Source of the DNA: Hadesarchaea archaeon | Lineage (GTDB): Archaea > Hadarchaeota > Hadarchaeia > Hadarchaeales > WYZ-LMO6 | Assembly (NCBI GenBank): GCA_029259185.1 | Contig: JAPDJF010000035.1 | Span: 1 to 37,843 of the forward strand | DNA length: 37,843 bases | Direction of reading: 5' to 3' | Shown here: positions 37,730 to 37,843 of the stretch, piece by piece | Layout of the letters: each line of letters starts with the position of its first letter | Position numbering within the stretch: position 1 is the stretch's first letter | Translations under genes and position numbers: made by a program | The notes under the pieces: generated by a model | Told to the model about the DNA's origin: nothing | The model's database searches: none | What the model saw: only the letters and a program-made list of their open reading frames with translations

Positions 37730-37843
37730 CACCAAGGAGGCCCCGTCCGAGAGGGCGGGGAGGAATTGGTGAAAACTTTTTATGTATTGAAGGAAATAAT
37801 CCCTACCGTGAAGCAGACGCTCTTGGTCAGGCTGAACCCCACG
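37730..37843 (+). mobile_element. Left end of an IS200/IS605 (IS1341-like) element and first 12 codons of a probable tnpB (GTG 37808)
   Basis: CCAC|CACCAA-GGAG-G-CCCCGTCC-GAGA-GGGCGGGG-AGGAA-TTGGTG, TATA-like TTTTTATG, then MKQTLLVRLNPT. Confidence 0.7.

Noticed and set aside
1-37843. CRISPR array or tRNA/rRNA genes
   Set aside because: No regularly spaced repeats or cloverleaf/rRNA signatures seen by eye; the TnpB is not next to an array, so it is not called Cas12f.

Overview
Gene-dense archaeal housekeeping region. The gene set and a Thermococcales-like eL41 suggest a Hadarchaeota/Thermococci-related lineage (inference only). Core genes: ychF, glmU/glmM, rps3ae, methanogen-type serS, pcc1, radA, RPA, class II HMG-CoA reductase, uppS, ileS, rfcS, a trehalose otsA/otsB-mscS-GT4 cluster, topA, a TtuA-like protein, cobO-nrdJ, DUF1512, EF-2, endA-trpS, an unannotated rpl41e and rpl10e. 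Remnants of TnpB-type elements from three mobilisation classes lie between these genes: IS200/IS605-type hairpin-ended elements (1-128, 26858-27137, 37730-end), IS607-type elements (1845-2205, 3527-3881), and a family bounded by 15-bp terminal inverted repeats and 9-10-bp target-site duplications (10261-10567, 34147-35273). This last family is the main find: an archaeal tnpB with a Fanzor-like rearranged RuvC-II site inside a DDE-style TIR/TSD element, plus a miniature copy that kept the ends and the putative guide-RNA scaffold but lost the nuclease. All calls come from reading the sequence; no searches were run.
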